Shown: positions 29,679 to 41,485 of the stretch, one piece after another
Layout of the letters: each line of letters begins with the position of its first letter
How positions within the stretch are numbered: the stretch's first letter is position 1
Assembly: GCA_963760795.1 (NCBI GenBank)
Contig: CAVXEP010000016.1
Span: forward strand, 64,001-128,000
DNA length: 64,000 nucleotides
Reading direction: 5' to 3'
DNA from: an uncultured delta proteobacterium
Lineage (GTDB): Bacteria > Desulfobacterota > Binatia > UBA9968
The notes under the pieces: generated by a model
Database searches by the model: none
What the model saw: the letters and a program-made list of their open reading frames with translations, nothing else
What the model was told of the DNA's origin: nothing
Translations under genes and position numbers: made by a program

Positions 29679-30665
29679 TTAATCATCGGTTGCTCCCCCA
29701 GACTTCGCCAAGTCTTCGACTTTGATCTTGTCGACATTCATCTTTTCGGCGGCGTTGGTCATCCGTTCCAATACTTCATCGAAACCCAGCGGCGCTGCGT
29801 CCTTGGGGCGAAAGCGGATCGGGTTGATGCGCGCGACCACGAAGCTTTTGAGGTACGGACTGGTCAAACCTTTGGCTTTGAGCGCTTCGACTTTTTCGAT
29901 GACAGTTTTATCGAGATCCATCAAAGCTTTGGCCCGCGCACGGCGAATCTCGATGGCCGAGACAAGAGATTTTTTTAGAAACTGATCCGAGCGTCGCAGG
30001 ATCGGATGATAGGCGCCGCCGCTGAAGCGGCCGTTTTCAAGATAGCACAGGCCGAGGGTGATCAGCGCGGCTTCCTCGAACTCCAGCGCGTAGCTTTCTT
30101 CGCTGGCGTCGTCCAATGTCGCCAGCTCCTGGTACATGCGGATGACTTCCAGGGCGCGCTCGCGCAGGTTGTGCGCCTTCTCCGTGTTCAACGCGAGAAT
30201 CTGATAGGCGGTCGCCGCTTCGGGGACGACGATGGCGATGACGGTCTTGGCGCCGAGGGTTTTCATCGCCTGCAAGCGATGATTGCCGTTGGGTGTCCAG
30301 TAGCGCGTCGGGCTGTCTTTGACTTCTTTACGCACGGTGACGATGGGGTCGAGAAAACGGCCGAGCCTGGCGATGACGCTTTCGAGCTTGCGCGCGTGGG
30401 TATCGGATAGGTTGCGTTGGTACGGCGTCGGTTCGACCTGGTCGATGGGCAGAGCGGCGATGATGAGCCAGTGATCGCCGAACGGTTCGCGGTAAGTGGT
30501 TAGAACGGTGCCGCCGTCTTGGTCGATGGCATCTTGCAGTGCGGCGACGCTATTGGGCGGCGTGGCCGAAAGAACTTCTTTGGCACCCAACCCAGTCGAC
30601 TTGCCGGCGAGCTTGCGCCGCTTGCGCGGACCGGCGGATTTTTTCTTGGCTTTCTTGTCAGGCAT
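29679..30665 (-). CDS. ParB/Srx N-terminal domain protein (orphan)
   Basis: PIDQVEPTPYQR, FLDPIV, PNGNHRLQA, LALNTEK; basic N-terminal tail. Confidence 0.8.
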   Translation of the reverse strand: MPDKKAKKKSAGPRKRRKLAGKSTGLGAKEVLSATPPNSVAALQDAIDQDGGTVLTTYREPFGDHWLIIAALPIDQVEPTPYQRNLSDTHARKLESVIARLGRFLDPIVTVRKEVKDSPTRYWTPNGNHRLQAMKTLGAKTVIAIVVPEAATAYQILALNTEKAHNLRERALEVIRMYQELATLDDASEESYALEFEEAALITLGLCYLENGRFSGGAYHPILRRSDQFLKKSLVSAIEIRRARAKALMDLDKTVIEKVEALKAKGLTSPYLKSFVVARINPIRFRPKDAAPLGFDEVLERMTNAAEKMNVDKIKVEDLAKSGGATDD

Positions 30666-30701
30666 GGGCGCTGCTTAGATTATTTAATTTTTAGGCTCCC
30701 A

Positions 30702-30733
30702 GTAGGAAGGGCGGGTTTAAAACCCGCCCTTAC
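30702..30733. repeat. GTAG-type REP hairpin
   Basis: GTAGGAAGGGCGGGTTTAAAACCCGCCCTTAC. Confidence 0.7.
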
Positions 30734-30755
30734 GAAACCTTCGTGCTCTTCATGC

Positions 30756-30992
30756 CTCCTTAGAAAATACATCTGAGGGGATGATATGCACAATGAAGCA
30801 TCCGGCCCGCCATGCCGGCGCAGGCGGCATCCAGCCCATCATCCACCTGGATACCGTTTTCAACGGTATGACGGACTCTGTCCGTCACCTGGATTCCGCC
30901 TGCGCGGGAATGACGAATCGAAAAGGGAAGCAACTTCTAGGAATGCGAACCATTTTCACGCTCTGTAGCCGTGCGTAAGATCATGATTCACT
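30756..30992 (+). mobile_element. Putative non-autonomous site-specific element (copy B) with CT at both junctions
   Basis: CTTCGTGCTCTTCATGC-CT-CCTTAGAAAATACA ... CATTTTCACGCTCTGTAGCCGTGCGTAAGATCATGATTCA-CT-TCGTGGTGAA; internal REP-like arms. Confidence 0.7.
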
Positions 30993-31038
30993 TCGTGGTG
31001 AAAACCTCTCCACAGCAAATTCAGTCCATTATGCAAAT

Positions 31039-32331
31039 CTACTGTTGCAAGCGTCGGATGGTCGGCATCGCCACGGCGATGACAAATGCCATGCCGCCGA
31101 CCATCAGACCGCCGAAGGCCACCGCGATCGGCGCGCCGGCGAATTCGGCGATGGCGCCGGCGATCAAGCCGCCGATGGGCATGAGCTCCCAGGCCAATCC
31201 ATGAATACCCATGACCCGGCCGCGCAATTCGTTGGGTAAGTTCATCTGCAAGATGGCGTGGATCGTCGTCATGTAGAACTGCCCGGCCATGCCCAGGGCG
31301 AAGGCGGCGACGAGGGAGAGCGGAAACCAACTCGACATGGCGAACAAGATCAAGGTGACACCGAACACCACCGCGCCATTGATCGCCTGCAAGCCTTTGC
31401 CGGGGAAGTGGCTCAAGTAGGCGGCGAGCAGGACTCCGGCCAGGGCGCCGCCGCCGCCGGCACTTTGGAGGAAGCCGAACCCCTGGGAGCCGACATGGAG
31501 CACGTTGCGGGCAAACACCGGCATCATGATGACGTAGGACATGCCGAACACGCTGTTGAAAAACGTCATGCCGATGAACACCCAATAGATTTCATTTTGA
31601 CGAATGAAGCTCAGCCCTTCGGTCATATCTTTGAGCAGGCCGCGGGAGTTTGACGCCGCCGGCTTGCCGGCGAGATGGATGGCGAGCCACAGCCCGATGG
31701 CCACGGCCGAAGCGAGGAAACAGACAAAATAAGTCGGTCCGATGCCGACCAAGTAAATCAGCATGCCGGCGACCGCCGGGCCGACCAGCTTGTTCAACTG
31801 CCAGATGGTGCCGCCGATGGCGACGGCGTTGGGGATGTCTTCCTTGGGAACCATTTGGGGTAAGAGCGCCATCCGGCTCGGCCGGTCGAATGCGCGCACG
31901 CAGCCGGTGAGAAACGCCAATACCATGACATGCCAGAGGGCGACCCACTTGAGCATGACGAGCGCTGTGAGAATCAGAAAGACCAATGCCGAACCCACCT
32001 GCGCCCAGATCATGATGCGACGGCGGTCGGCGCGATCGGCGACGGCGCCGCCGAGGAGAGTCAAGGCGACTGTCGGGATCGTAAAGGTCAAGCCGGTGAG
32101 TCCAAGCATCAGGGGAGAATTTGTCAGCTCCAGGACCAACCAACTTTGCGCCACCGCTTCCATGTTTTGCGCCAGCACCGAGGCCAACTGGCCGAACCAG
32201 TAGAGCCGGTAGTTGCGGTGCTTGAGCGCGCTCAGCGACTGCGCCACGCGCTGGCTGCCGGAGAGCGCGTGCGTGGTGGATTGTGACAACGGCGGTGCGG
32301 AAGATTTGCTCATGAGGGAATTGCCGTCCAT
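31039..32331 (-). CDS. MFS transporter (MFS_3-like)
   Basis: ALKHRNYRLYWFGQ, GGAVADRADRRR, ELRGRVMG; about 12 TM helices. Confidence 0.92.
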   Translation of the reverse strand: MDGNSLMSKSSAPPLSQSTTHALSGSQRVAQSLSALKHRNYRLYWFGQLASVLAQNMEAVAQSWLVLELTNSPLMLGLTGLTFTIPTVALTLLGGAVADRADRRRIMIWAQVGSALVFLILTALVMLKWVALWHVMVLAFLTGCVRAFDRPSRMALLPQMVPKEDIPNAVAIGGTIWQLNKLVGPAVAGMLIYLVGIGPTYFVCFLASAVAIGLWLAIHLAGKPAASNSRGLLKDMTEGLSFIRQNEIYWVFIGMTFFNSVFGMSYVIMMPVFARNVLHVGSQGFGFLQSAGGGGALAGVLLAAYLSHFPGKGLQAINGAVVFGVTLILFAMSSWFPLSLVAAFALGMAGQFYMTTIHAILQMNLPNELRGRVMGIHGLAWELMPIGGLIAGAIAEFAGAPIAVAFGGLMVGGMAFVIAVAMPTIRRLQQ

Positions 32332-32336
32332 TGTTT

Positions 32337-32464
32337 CCTAAATCGGCGGCAGCCGCAACCGAATTGAGGAATGGCTGCAATGAACGCAAGGGGCTCAAAA
32401 AAGAATCGGGATTGGTCCAAGGGCGGAATTCGAACACTCCGAAGTTCGTGTCCTTCGTGGTGAG
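32337..32464. repeat. Composite repeat: GCCGCAACCGAATTGA end motif, CGCAA periodic units and an empty CT target
   Basis: CCGCAACCGAATTGA(A/G)GAATGGC(C/T)GCAA shared with 21728-21755; TTCGTGTCCTTCGTGGTGAG at 32445-32464. Confidence 0.7.
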
Positions 32465-32554
32465 TGTCCGTCGTCCTATTCGCGTTCGCCTGTTGAGGAT
32501 TCTGCCGCTACCTTTTATGATCCCACGACATCTAACTTGAAAAGGCAAACTCTC

Positions 32555-33910
32555 ATGGCTCAATTCGATTACGATCTATTTACCATCGGCGCCGGTTCCG
32601 GCGGCGTGCGCGCCAGCCGCATGTCGGCATCCTTCGGCGCCAAGGTAGCGGTGGCCGAAGAGCGCTATCTCGGCGGCACCTGTGTCAACGTCGGCTGCAT
32701 CCCGAAAAAACTCCTGGTCTATGCTTCTCATTACGGCGAAGACTTCGACGATCTCCACGGCTACGGCTGGACGGTGGGGGAGAGGCGGTTCGATTGGGCC
32801 AAGCTCATCGAGAATAAAAACAAAGAGATTATCCGGCTGAACGGCATCTACCGGAAGATTCTCGCTGACGCCGGGGTGACACTGTTTGAAGGCCACGCCG
32901 AGGTGGTCGATGCCCATACCGTTGCCGTCGATGGCAAGCGGATCACGGCGAAATATATTCTCGTCGCCGTCGGTAGCTGGCCGACGGTGCCGAAGTTCCC
33001 CGGCTCCGAGTATGCAATTACCTCCAACGAAGCTTTTTACCTGCCGTCGCTGCCGGAGCGAGTCATCGTCGTTGGCGGCGGTTACATTGGCGTGGAGTTT
33101 GCCGGCATCTTTCACGGTCTCGGGGCGCAGACCACGCAGATTTACCGCGGCGAGCAATTTCTGCGCGGCTTCGACGATGACATTCGCAAAACTTTGGCCG
33201 ACGAGATGCGCAAGCGCGGCATTGATCTCAGGTTCAAAAGCCGCATTACTAATATTGAAAAAAGCGGCGCGGTTCTGAAAGCGACGCTGACCGATGGCAA
33301 CATATTGGAAGCCGATCAGATCCTCTTTGCCACCGGACGCGGCTCCAAGACGCCGGATCTCGGTTTGGAAAAAGCCGGCGTCAAACTAAAAGTAAACGGC
33401 GCGGTGATAGTTGACGAATATTCGAAATCCACGGTCGACAGCGTCTACGCCATTGGCGACTGCACCGACCGGATGATGCTCACGCCGGTTGCCATCGCCG
33501 AAGGGATGGCGTTGGCCAACACTTTGTTCAACAATCAGCCCACCATGCCGTGCTATTTGAATGTCCCGACCGCGGTGTTCAGCACGCCCAGTTGCGGCAC
33601 CGTCGGACTCACCGAAGCGGAGGCGATAGAGCGCGGCCATCAAGTCGACATCTACCGGAGTACCTTCAAGCCGCTCAAACACACGCTCACCGGCCGCGAT
33701 GAGCGTACCATGATGAAACTGGTCGTCGATCAAACCACCGACAAAGTCCTCGGTTGCCACATGGTCGGCGCCGACGCCGGCGAGATTACCCAAGGGCTCG
33801 CCATCGCGCTTAACTGCGGCGCGACGAAAGCGCAATTCGATATGACCATCGGCATCCACCCGTCCGCCGCGGAGGAGTTTGTCACGATGCGCAGCAAGGT
33901 GGCCGTCTGA
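32555..33910 (+). CDS. gor: Glutathione-disulfide reductase
   Basis: [19 protein letters not shown] redox motif, [24 protein letters not shown]. Confidence 0.95.
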   Translation: MAQFDYDLFTIGAGSGGVRASRMSASFGAKVAVAEERYLGGTCVNVGCIPKKLLVYASHYGEDFDDLHGYGWTVGERRFDWAKLIENKNKEIIRLNGIYRKILADAGVTLFEGHAEVVDAHTVAVDGKRITAKYILVAVGSWPTVPKFPGSEYAITSNEAFYLPSLPERVIVVGGGYIGVEFAGIFHGLGAQTTQIYRGEQFLRGFDDDIRKTLADEMRKRGIDLRFKSRITNIEKSGAVLKATLTDGNILEADQILFATGRGSKTPDLGLEKAGVKLKVNGAVIVDEYSKSTVDSVYAIGDCTDRMMLTPVAIAEGMALANTLFNNQPTMPCYLNVPTAVFSTPSCGTVGLTEAEAIERGHQVDIYRSTFKPLKHTLTGRDERTMMKLVVDQTTDKVLGCHMVGADAGEITQGLAIALNCGATKAQFDMTIGIHPSAAEEFVTMRSKVAV

Positions 33911-33994
33911 GCGCAGCCGGGGCGGGCGGTAAGTTACACTTTTGGAACTGGCAAACATGCCAGCCCAACCGCTGTAGAATTAGCGCGGCGGTTG

Positions 33995-34024
33995 TTGACT
34001 GATTCTTTCGCTCTAGTTTATGAT
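33995..34024 (+). promoter_or_regulatory. Candidate sigma70 promoter
   Basis: TTGACT-N18-TATGAT about 230 bp upstream of the radical SAM gene. Confidence 0.4.
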
Positions 34025-34254
34025 CCGCCAGTTGGATTTCGTCGTCCGGTTACTTGTTTTCGGGGGCGGCCTCCTGCATGCTCTCGCCAGGGAGTTTCGC
34101 TGCGATTCGGTAAGCCCAGCAGTATCTCCGTCCGACTTGTCGATTTGGATAACAACGAAGTTTTGCTTTTAAGAGTTACAGTTGTGGGCGCTGACGCGTA
34201 ACGGTTGGCGCAAAGAGGCGATTCTCGGGCCGAATCGATTGTGCTGAATTGACC

Positions 34255-35820
34255 ATGGCTAAACGACTGAAGATTTGCATCATCAATCCCCAATTCGAAC
34301 CCTCCTACTGGGGGTTTGAATATGCCTTGCCGCTTTATCCCGGAAGCAAGAAGTCGTCGATGATCACCGGCGCGCTGCCTTATCTCGCCGGGCTGGTGCC
34401 GGACCACGACGTCCGTTTACTCGATGAAAATGTCGAGGAGATTGTTTGGCCGGAGCTAGGCGATTTCGACATTGTCGCTGTCACCGGGATGAACGTGCAA
34501 AAGGAGCGCATGCGGCAGATCCTCGAGAAGCTGCGCGCGATGAAGCTGTTCACCGTGGTTGGCGGCGCTTACGCGTCGGTGGATGAGAGGTATTTCGATA
34601 ATCTCTGCGATGTCCTGTTCACCGGCGAGGCCGATGAGACCTGGCCGGAATTTGTCCAGTGCTTTGCCGAGGGGCGCGCCTACCGGACGCTTTATAAGCA
34701 AGAGAATCCGACGGATATGCGCAACGTCCCCAAGTCGCGCTACGACCTGCTCAAGGTCGATCGTTATGCTTCGGGGGCGCTGCAATTCTCCCGCGGTTGT
34801 CCGTTTCAGTGCGAGTTCTGCGATATCATCGTCACTTTCGGCCGCCGTCCGCGCACCAAGCGGCCCGAGCAAGTCATCGAAGAACTCGATGAAATGCGCC
34901 GGGTCGGTTTTTACTCATGCTTTATCGTCGATGACAATTTCATCGGCAATAAGAAAGACGCCAAGGCGTTGCTCCGGTTGATCATTCCTTGGCAGCAGAA
35001 GCATGGCTATCCGCTGCGCTTGACCACCGAGGCGAGCGTCAATTTGGCCGACGATGCCGAGTTGCTCGACCTGCTCTACCAGGCGAACTTCCGCTCGGTG
35101 TTTATCGGCATCGAAACCCCGCGGGAAGCCTCGCTCAACGAGACCAAGAAATATCAAAACATCCGAGGCGATTCGCTCCAGGCCAAGCTCGCGCGGATTC
35201 GCAACGCCGGGATGGAAGTGAGCGCCGGCTTCATCGTCGGTTTCGACAACGACGACGCGACTATTTTTGAAGATCAGTATCGCTTCATTCAGGACAACGG
35301 GATTCTTTTAGCGATGGTCGGCATGCTCACCGCGGTGCCCAAGACGCCGCTCTATGAGCGGCTGGAGAAGGCCGGACGCCTGCGGCTCGACGACCCCAAT
35401 TGCAACATCGTGCCTGCGCAGATGACGCCGCAGGAACTGCAGCAGGGCTACTGGCAACTGCTCAAACGGCTGTACGATCCACAGGCTTTCTTCGATCGCT
35501 ATTTTCAGATCACTGCCTATCCCGACTTCAAACAGCGGCGCGCCGAGATTAGCATCCGCGCCAACGAAGGCAAGGCGTTGCCGACGCTCGTTTACGGGCT
35601 GCTATTGCTGAAGACTCTCGTGCTCGCCCTGATCAAAGAGCGCAGCTTGACCACCGTCGGCGCGGTATATTTAAAAAACTTCTTTCAACGCAGTCTTAAG
35701 GTGCGCGCAGATATCATCGGTTTCGCGCAATTCATGAACCGTTGCGTGACCCACTGGCATTTCTATAAGTTTACCCAAGAAGGCACGGCAGGGAAGTTGC
35801 GTTTGTTTAACTCTGGGTGA
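34255..35820 (+). CDS. B12-binding radical SAM protein (HpnP/DUF4070-like)
   Basis: N-terminal cobalamin-binding region (DENVE, VVGGAYAS, GEADE); QFSRGCPFQCEFCDI CxxxCxxC; VDDNFIGN. Confidence 0.88.
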   Translation: MAKRLKICIINPQFEPSYWGFEYALPLYPGSKKSSMITGALPYLAGLVPDHDVRLLDENVEEIVWPELGDFDIVAVTGMNVQKERMRQILEKLRAMKLFTVVGGAYASVDERYFDNLCDVLFTGEADETWPEFVQCFAEGRAYRTLYKQENPTDMRNVPKSRYDLLKVDRYASGALQFSRGCPFQCEFCDIIVTFGRRPRTKRPEQVIEELDEMRRVGFYSCFIVDDNFIGNKKDAKALLRLIIPWQQKHGYPLRLTTEASVNLADDAELLDLLYQANFRSVFIGIETPREASLNETKKYQNIRGDSLQAKLARIRNAGMEVSAGFIVGFDNDDATIFEDQYRFIQDNGILLAMVGMLTAVPKTPLYERLEKAGRLRLDDPNCNIVPAQMTPQELQQGYWQLLKRLYDPQAFFDRYFQITAYPDFKQRRAEISIRANEGKALPTLVYGLLLLKTLVLALIKERSLTTVGAVYLKNFFQRSLKVRADIIGFAQFMNRCVTHWHFYKFTQEGTAGKLRLFNSG

Positions 35821-36076
35821 GCGCCTGAACGGCGAGTTGACTCGCCTAGCCGTTGTCAACCGTGAAATCCAACGCGCCAATGTTTTCGATCCCGCCTTTG
35901 AGTTTTTCTCCGACGCTCCACTTGCCCTGAAAGGCCGGTGCAATTGGCATTGACGATCGCAATCAGCTCGCCGGATCAGCGCCGCGAAAAAGACCGGGTA
36001 ACTGCTAATCTTGATTGGCGGGCAATCGACGTATAATCTTGCGGATGTCGAGGACGATGCAGTGGAACCGCCGCCG

Positions 36077-38137
<2,061 letters not shown>

Positions 38138-38173
38138 CGCCTGTATTTCGGCGCCTGCCGATAACTCGTCACA
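38138..38173 (+). promoter_or_regulatory. Putative enhancer (UAS) copy 1
   Basis: ATTTCGGCGCCTGCCGATAACTCGTCACA matches ATTTCGGCGCGTGCCGACCGGTCGTCACA at 40202-40230. Confidence 0.55.
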
Positions 38174-38257
38174 AACTTCTCGTCACACTCGCTGCCAACG
38201 ATCGCTTAATATCTTTCGGGTAAAGAATTTAGTTGTCTTTTCCGGCACTGCCCGTTG

Positions 38258-38274
38258 TTGGCACAATCCTTGTT
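38258..38274 (+). promoter_or_regulatory. Sigma54 -24/-12 promoter
   Basis: TTGGCACAATCCTTGTT vs consensus YTGGCAC-N5-TTGCW (one mismatch). Confidence 0.6.
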
Positions 38275-38358
38275 AGAACAAGCTGGTATATGGCCCAGTC
38301 TGCATTGATCATTGGCAAGCGGTGGCCAAAATCAGGATTCAATAAGGAGGAGTCATTT

Positions 38359-39090
38359 ATGTCGCTCCCGCTTGAAGGAAAAACCGCGCTGGTTACCGGC
38401 GGCTCGCGAGGCATCGGCAAAGCCATCGCTGAAAAACTCGCCGCCGATGGCGCGAGTGTAGTTATCAACTATACGCGCAATCAGCAACCGGCGCAGGCGA
38501 TTGTCAGTGCCATCAAGGCGCAGGGCGGCGAGGCCGTCGCCATCCAGGCCGATGTTGCCAAACCCGCGGAGGTGCGCCGATTGTTCAGCGAAGCCGAGAA
38601 GGCGATGGGCAGACTCGATATCGTCGTCGCCAACGCCGGTGTCCATATCTCAAAACCGCTGATCGATAACACCGAGGCGGATTACGATTACATTTTCGAC
38701 GTCAATACCAAAGGGGTGTTTTTCACCTTGCAGGAAGCCGCCCGCCGGGTGCGTGACGGCGGTCGCATTGTCGTCGTGTCCAGCGCCGGAACCAAAATGC
38801 ATTTTGCCAATATGTCGCTCTATCTTGGCAGCAAAGGAGCCATCGAGCAGTTTGCTCGCTCGCTGGCACTCGAACTCGGCCCGCGCAATGTTACGGTAAA
38901 CGTTCTCTCGCCGGGATTTACCGATACCGACATGCTGCCGGAAGAGTACCGCGCTTTCGGCGCGAGTTTGTCGCCGTTCAATCGCGTCGGCACGCCGCAG
39001 GAAGTCGCGGATGTCTCCGCCTTTCTGGCGAGCGGGGCATCACGGTGGATAACCGGGGAAAATATCCAAGCCGGCGGCGGGGTGGTGTGA
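38359..39090 (+). CDS. Short-chain dehydrogenase/reductase
   Basis: TGGSRGIG, ANAG, YLGSK, LSPGFTDT; AAGGAGG RBS. Confidence 0.93.
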   Translation: MSLPLEGKTALVTGGSRGIGKAIAEKLAADGASVVINYTRNQQPAQAIVSAIKAQGGEAVAIQADVAKPAEVRRLFSEAEKAMGRLDIVVANAGVHISKPLIDNTEADYDYIFDVNTKGVFFTLQEAARRVRDGGRIVVVSSAGTKMHFANMSLYLGSKGAIEQFARSLALELGPRNVTVNVLSPGFTDTDMLPEEYRAFGASLSPFNRVGTPQEVADVSAFLASGASRWITGENIQAGGGVV

Positions 39091-39155
39091 GCGCGGGCGA
39101 AGTGATTCGCTAACTCGTAACCGTCGGATGACAAGAAGAAAAAAGGACAGATAAT

Positions 39156-39326
39156 ATGAAATTTTCACTCGTGCCATTGCTGATCGCCGGACAAACCATT
39201 TCCGCCAAGGCCAGACAAGCTTTGCTTGAGAACCGTCTCAAAGATGCGGCGACATTACTGATGCAAGAGTATGGGCTAACTTGCGCTGAGGCGGGAGATC
39301 TCCTCAACGTAACCCAGTGCGAGTAG
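39156..39326 (+). CDS. Small hypothetical protein (56 aa, below ORF-track cutoff)
   Basis: AAGGA RBS; MKFSLVPLLIAGQTISAKARQALLENRLKDAATLLMQEYGLTCAEAGDLLNVTQCE. Confidence 0.6.
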   Translation: MKFSLVPLLIAGQTISAKARQALLENRLKDAATLLMQEYGLTCAEAGDLLNVTQCE

Positions 39327-39485
39327 TGTTGCTCGTTTGTTTGGATACTCAAACGATGTGGCAGAGCCGTTGCCCCGATCCTGTACAGCCGGGCCGGCTC
39401 AGCTCGGCGTTTGCGACCGATGCGCGTACCGCCGGGAAGCGCGAAGCTAACTGCGTTGACCGCGAATTTCCTGAGGAGTGTTGCT

Positions 39486-39893
39486 ATGGCGCGAGATGAA
39501 GAGGCGATTGCCCAAACCTTTCGGAATTACGTGGCATCGTTCCAGAGGCTAAAGCCGGACGGCGTAGTTTCTTATTGCGACGCCCCGTGTTTGTTTATCT
39601 CCGCTCAGGGCGTCCGCATGATGGCGGATGCGCAAGAAGTGGCGGCGTTTATCGCCGAGCTAATGGAAAGCCTCCAGGCGCGCGGGTTTTTACGCAGTGA
39701 AATAGGCGAGCTGCATGTGAATCAGATGAGCGCCAACATCGCTGTGGTGAGTGTGCAAAGGGTTCGCTACCATGCGGACGGGCACGAGCTTGAACGGCTT
39801 GGCGAGACCTACGTCTGGCGCAAAATCGACAACGACTGGAAGATTGTCAGCGCCATGACCCACGACGCCGACCGGGTATTGCGGCTCGGTTAA
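39486..39893 (+). CDS. NTF2/SnoaL-like (DUF4440-type) protein
   Basis: GAGGAG RBS; ETYVWRKIDNDWKIVSAMTH C-terminus. Confidence 0.8.
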   Translation: MARDEEAIAQTFRNYVASFQRLKPDGVVSYCDAPCLFISAQGVRMMADAQEVAAFIAELMESLQARGFLRSEIGELHVNQMSANIAVVSVQRVRYHADGHELERLGETYVWRKIDNDWKIVSAMTHDADRVLRLG

Positions 39894-40195
39894 AGATTGT
39901 CGGGCGGCAGAACCGCGCTGGTCGCAGTGAGATTCCTCGACCGAATATTGACCCTATTCGGTTCCATGGCAAAAATTGATCGAGATTGTCGATGAATGTT
40001 TCTCTCCCCTCTGAAAGTCGTACATCGCTGTCGACAGCGAGTTCACGCATTATCACCGTCGTCACTGAACGCAGCTGAAGTCTGAGCGTAGCCGGCACGG
40101 TTGCCTCGCAGCTCGCCGGGCCCAGACGAGTTTCCCCATCATTAGCCGTTCAGACAAAGCCTTATCGAAGACTCTCCTTCACCCGCTCTGATCAA

Positions 40196-40243
40196 GCCAA
40201 CATTTCGGCGCGTGCCGACCGGTCGTCACATTTATTTCGGCGC
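40196..40243 (+). promoter_or_regulatory. Putative enhancer (UAS) copy 2
   Basis: GCCAACATTTCGGCGCGTGCCGACCGGTCGTCACATTTATTTCGGCGC; ATTTCGGCGC occurs twice. Confidence 0.55.
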
Positions 40244-40324
40244 CAATCTCGAAGCTGAAATGTGCACGGCACTTAACTCTCGTAGTTCCAAACATTTACA
40301 TCGCGTAAGCACCACAGGACGTTG

Positions 40325-40340
40325 CTGGCACGCGCCTTGC
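40325..40340 (+). promoter_or_regulatory. Sigma54 -24/-12 promoter
   Basis: CTGGCACGCGCCTTGC, consensus GG-N10-GC spacing. Confidence 0.75.
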
Positions 40341-40380
40341 CATTATCGGTTTTAACGAAACTGGGAAGGCGGTTAGACCG

Positions 40381-40545
40381 ATGAAGTTCGAGAGTATTGT
40401 TGTCGCGTTGTTGCTTATAGGCGGGAGTAATCTGTTTGCCCGGGTACTAACCCAGGGATTCGAACCGGCGCTAGCCGGGACGGCGATCGAATGGTCGGCA
40501 ACCCGAATCAGAACGGCGATTAAACTGGTTCGCTCACATCTTTAA
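40381..40545 (+). CDS. Small hydrophobic protein (54 aa)
   Basis: First ORF after the sigma54 promoter: MKFESIVVALLLIGGSNLFARVLTQGF... Confidence 0.45.
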   Translation: MKFESIVVALLLIGGSNLFARVLTQGFEPALAGTAIEWSATRIRTAIKLVRSHL

Positions 40546-40587
40546 AATTGATCGGCAAGGCGAAGTGGCTGCCAAGGAGACGATGTG

Positions 40588-40749
40588 ATGGAAATTGATA
40601 AAAGATGGTTTGATCTCGCAGCAGCGCCTGTGGCGATGCTTGCCGGACTCATTCACGTAGATTCAAATTTTTGTTGGTGCGAGCCAATCATTGAGATAGA
40701 CGAGATCGGCGAGGAAATTGTCATTCATCGGCAGGTTACCTGGAACTGA
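40588..40749 (+). CDS. Small putative metal-binding protein (53 aa)
   Basis: AAGGAG RBS; H-x5-CWC-x-P ... VIH motif. Confidence 0.6.
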   Translation: MEIDKRWFDLAAAPVAMLAGLIHVDSNFCWCEPIIEIDEIGEEIVIHRQVTWN

Positions 40750-40776
40750 GAGGGCAAGAAACGGGAGGATCGGACG

Positions 40777-41190
40777 ATGTCATTAAAACCTAACAACTAT
40801 TTGCGAGCCTTCATTGCCGCAGGGGTGATCGGCGGTTTCATTCTGTTCGGGTGGATCGCCGGCGCTGGAGCGCAAGATGCCGACAGCAGGGCGCAGCCGC
40901 GCTACGCCAGGCTGGAGGCGGGGCTGCCGCAGGTCACATTTACTATGGTCTCGTTCTCGCCGCTAACGGCGCACGGTCAGACCGTGGGTGCGATCGCGAT
41001 TTATGACGATCCGACGACGCCAAGACCGGTGGATTATCTCGAAGTGTTCGACAGCGGCGGCGCGCTTGTTGTGGTTAACTGGTTCGATCGGTTCGGCATC
41101 GAGAGGTTGGTTGTCGACCGGGGACTGCTCGAGGGAGGACAAGAGCTTGAAGGTGTATTCGTCGCGGTGGTTAACGGCGAGGCCATATAA
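40777..41190 (+). CDS. Hypothetical exported protein
   Basis: GGAGG RBS, signal/TM segment, beta-rich mature region. Confidence 0.7.
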   Translation: MSLKPNNYLRAFIAAGVIGGFILFGWIAGAGAQDADSRAQPRYARLEAGLPQVTFTMVSFSPLTAHGQTVGAIAIYDDPTTPRPVDYLEVFDSGGALVVVNWFDRFGIERLVVDRGLLEGGQELEGVFVAVVNGEAI

Positions 41191-41207
41191 AGCTCGTTGT
41201 CCAGCTT

Positions 41208-41485
41208 ATGCTTAAAATCACGGTCGATATCGAAGGCGAGCGCGCGGCCCTTGAACTCGAGGGCCGGCTTGCCGGTCCCTGGGTGCAGGAATTGCGCGAT
41301 TGCTGGCAGCGGGCGGAAAGCGACGGGCGCCAGATCAGCGTGGTGTTGAAGCAGGTGACGTTTCATCGACGGCGCGGGAAGACAACTGCTTGGCGGAGAT
41401 GCGTCAACGGGGAGCCGTCCTGGCGGCTGAAGGGTGCATGACCAAAGCGATTGTCGAAGAGATCAGCGGAGGAGAAAAACCATGA
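41208..41485 (+). CDS. STAS-like (anti-sigma antagonist-like) protein, frameshifted
   Basis: LELEGRLAGPWVQELRDCW...VLKQVTF(IDGAG)...LAEMRQRGAVL. Confidence 0.7.

Noticed and set aside
34025-34254. Cobalamin riboswitch before the B12 radical SAM gene
   Set aside because: No recognisable B12-box or conserved GGGAA...GCCACTG elements by eye
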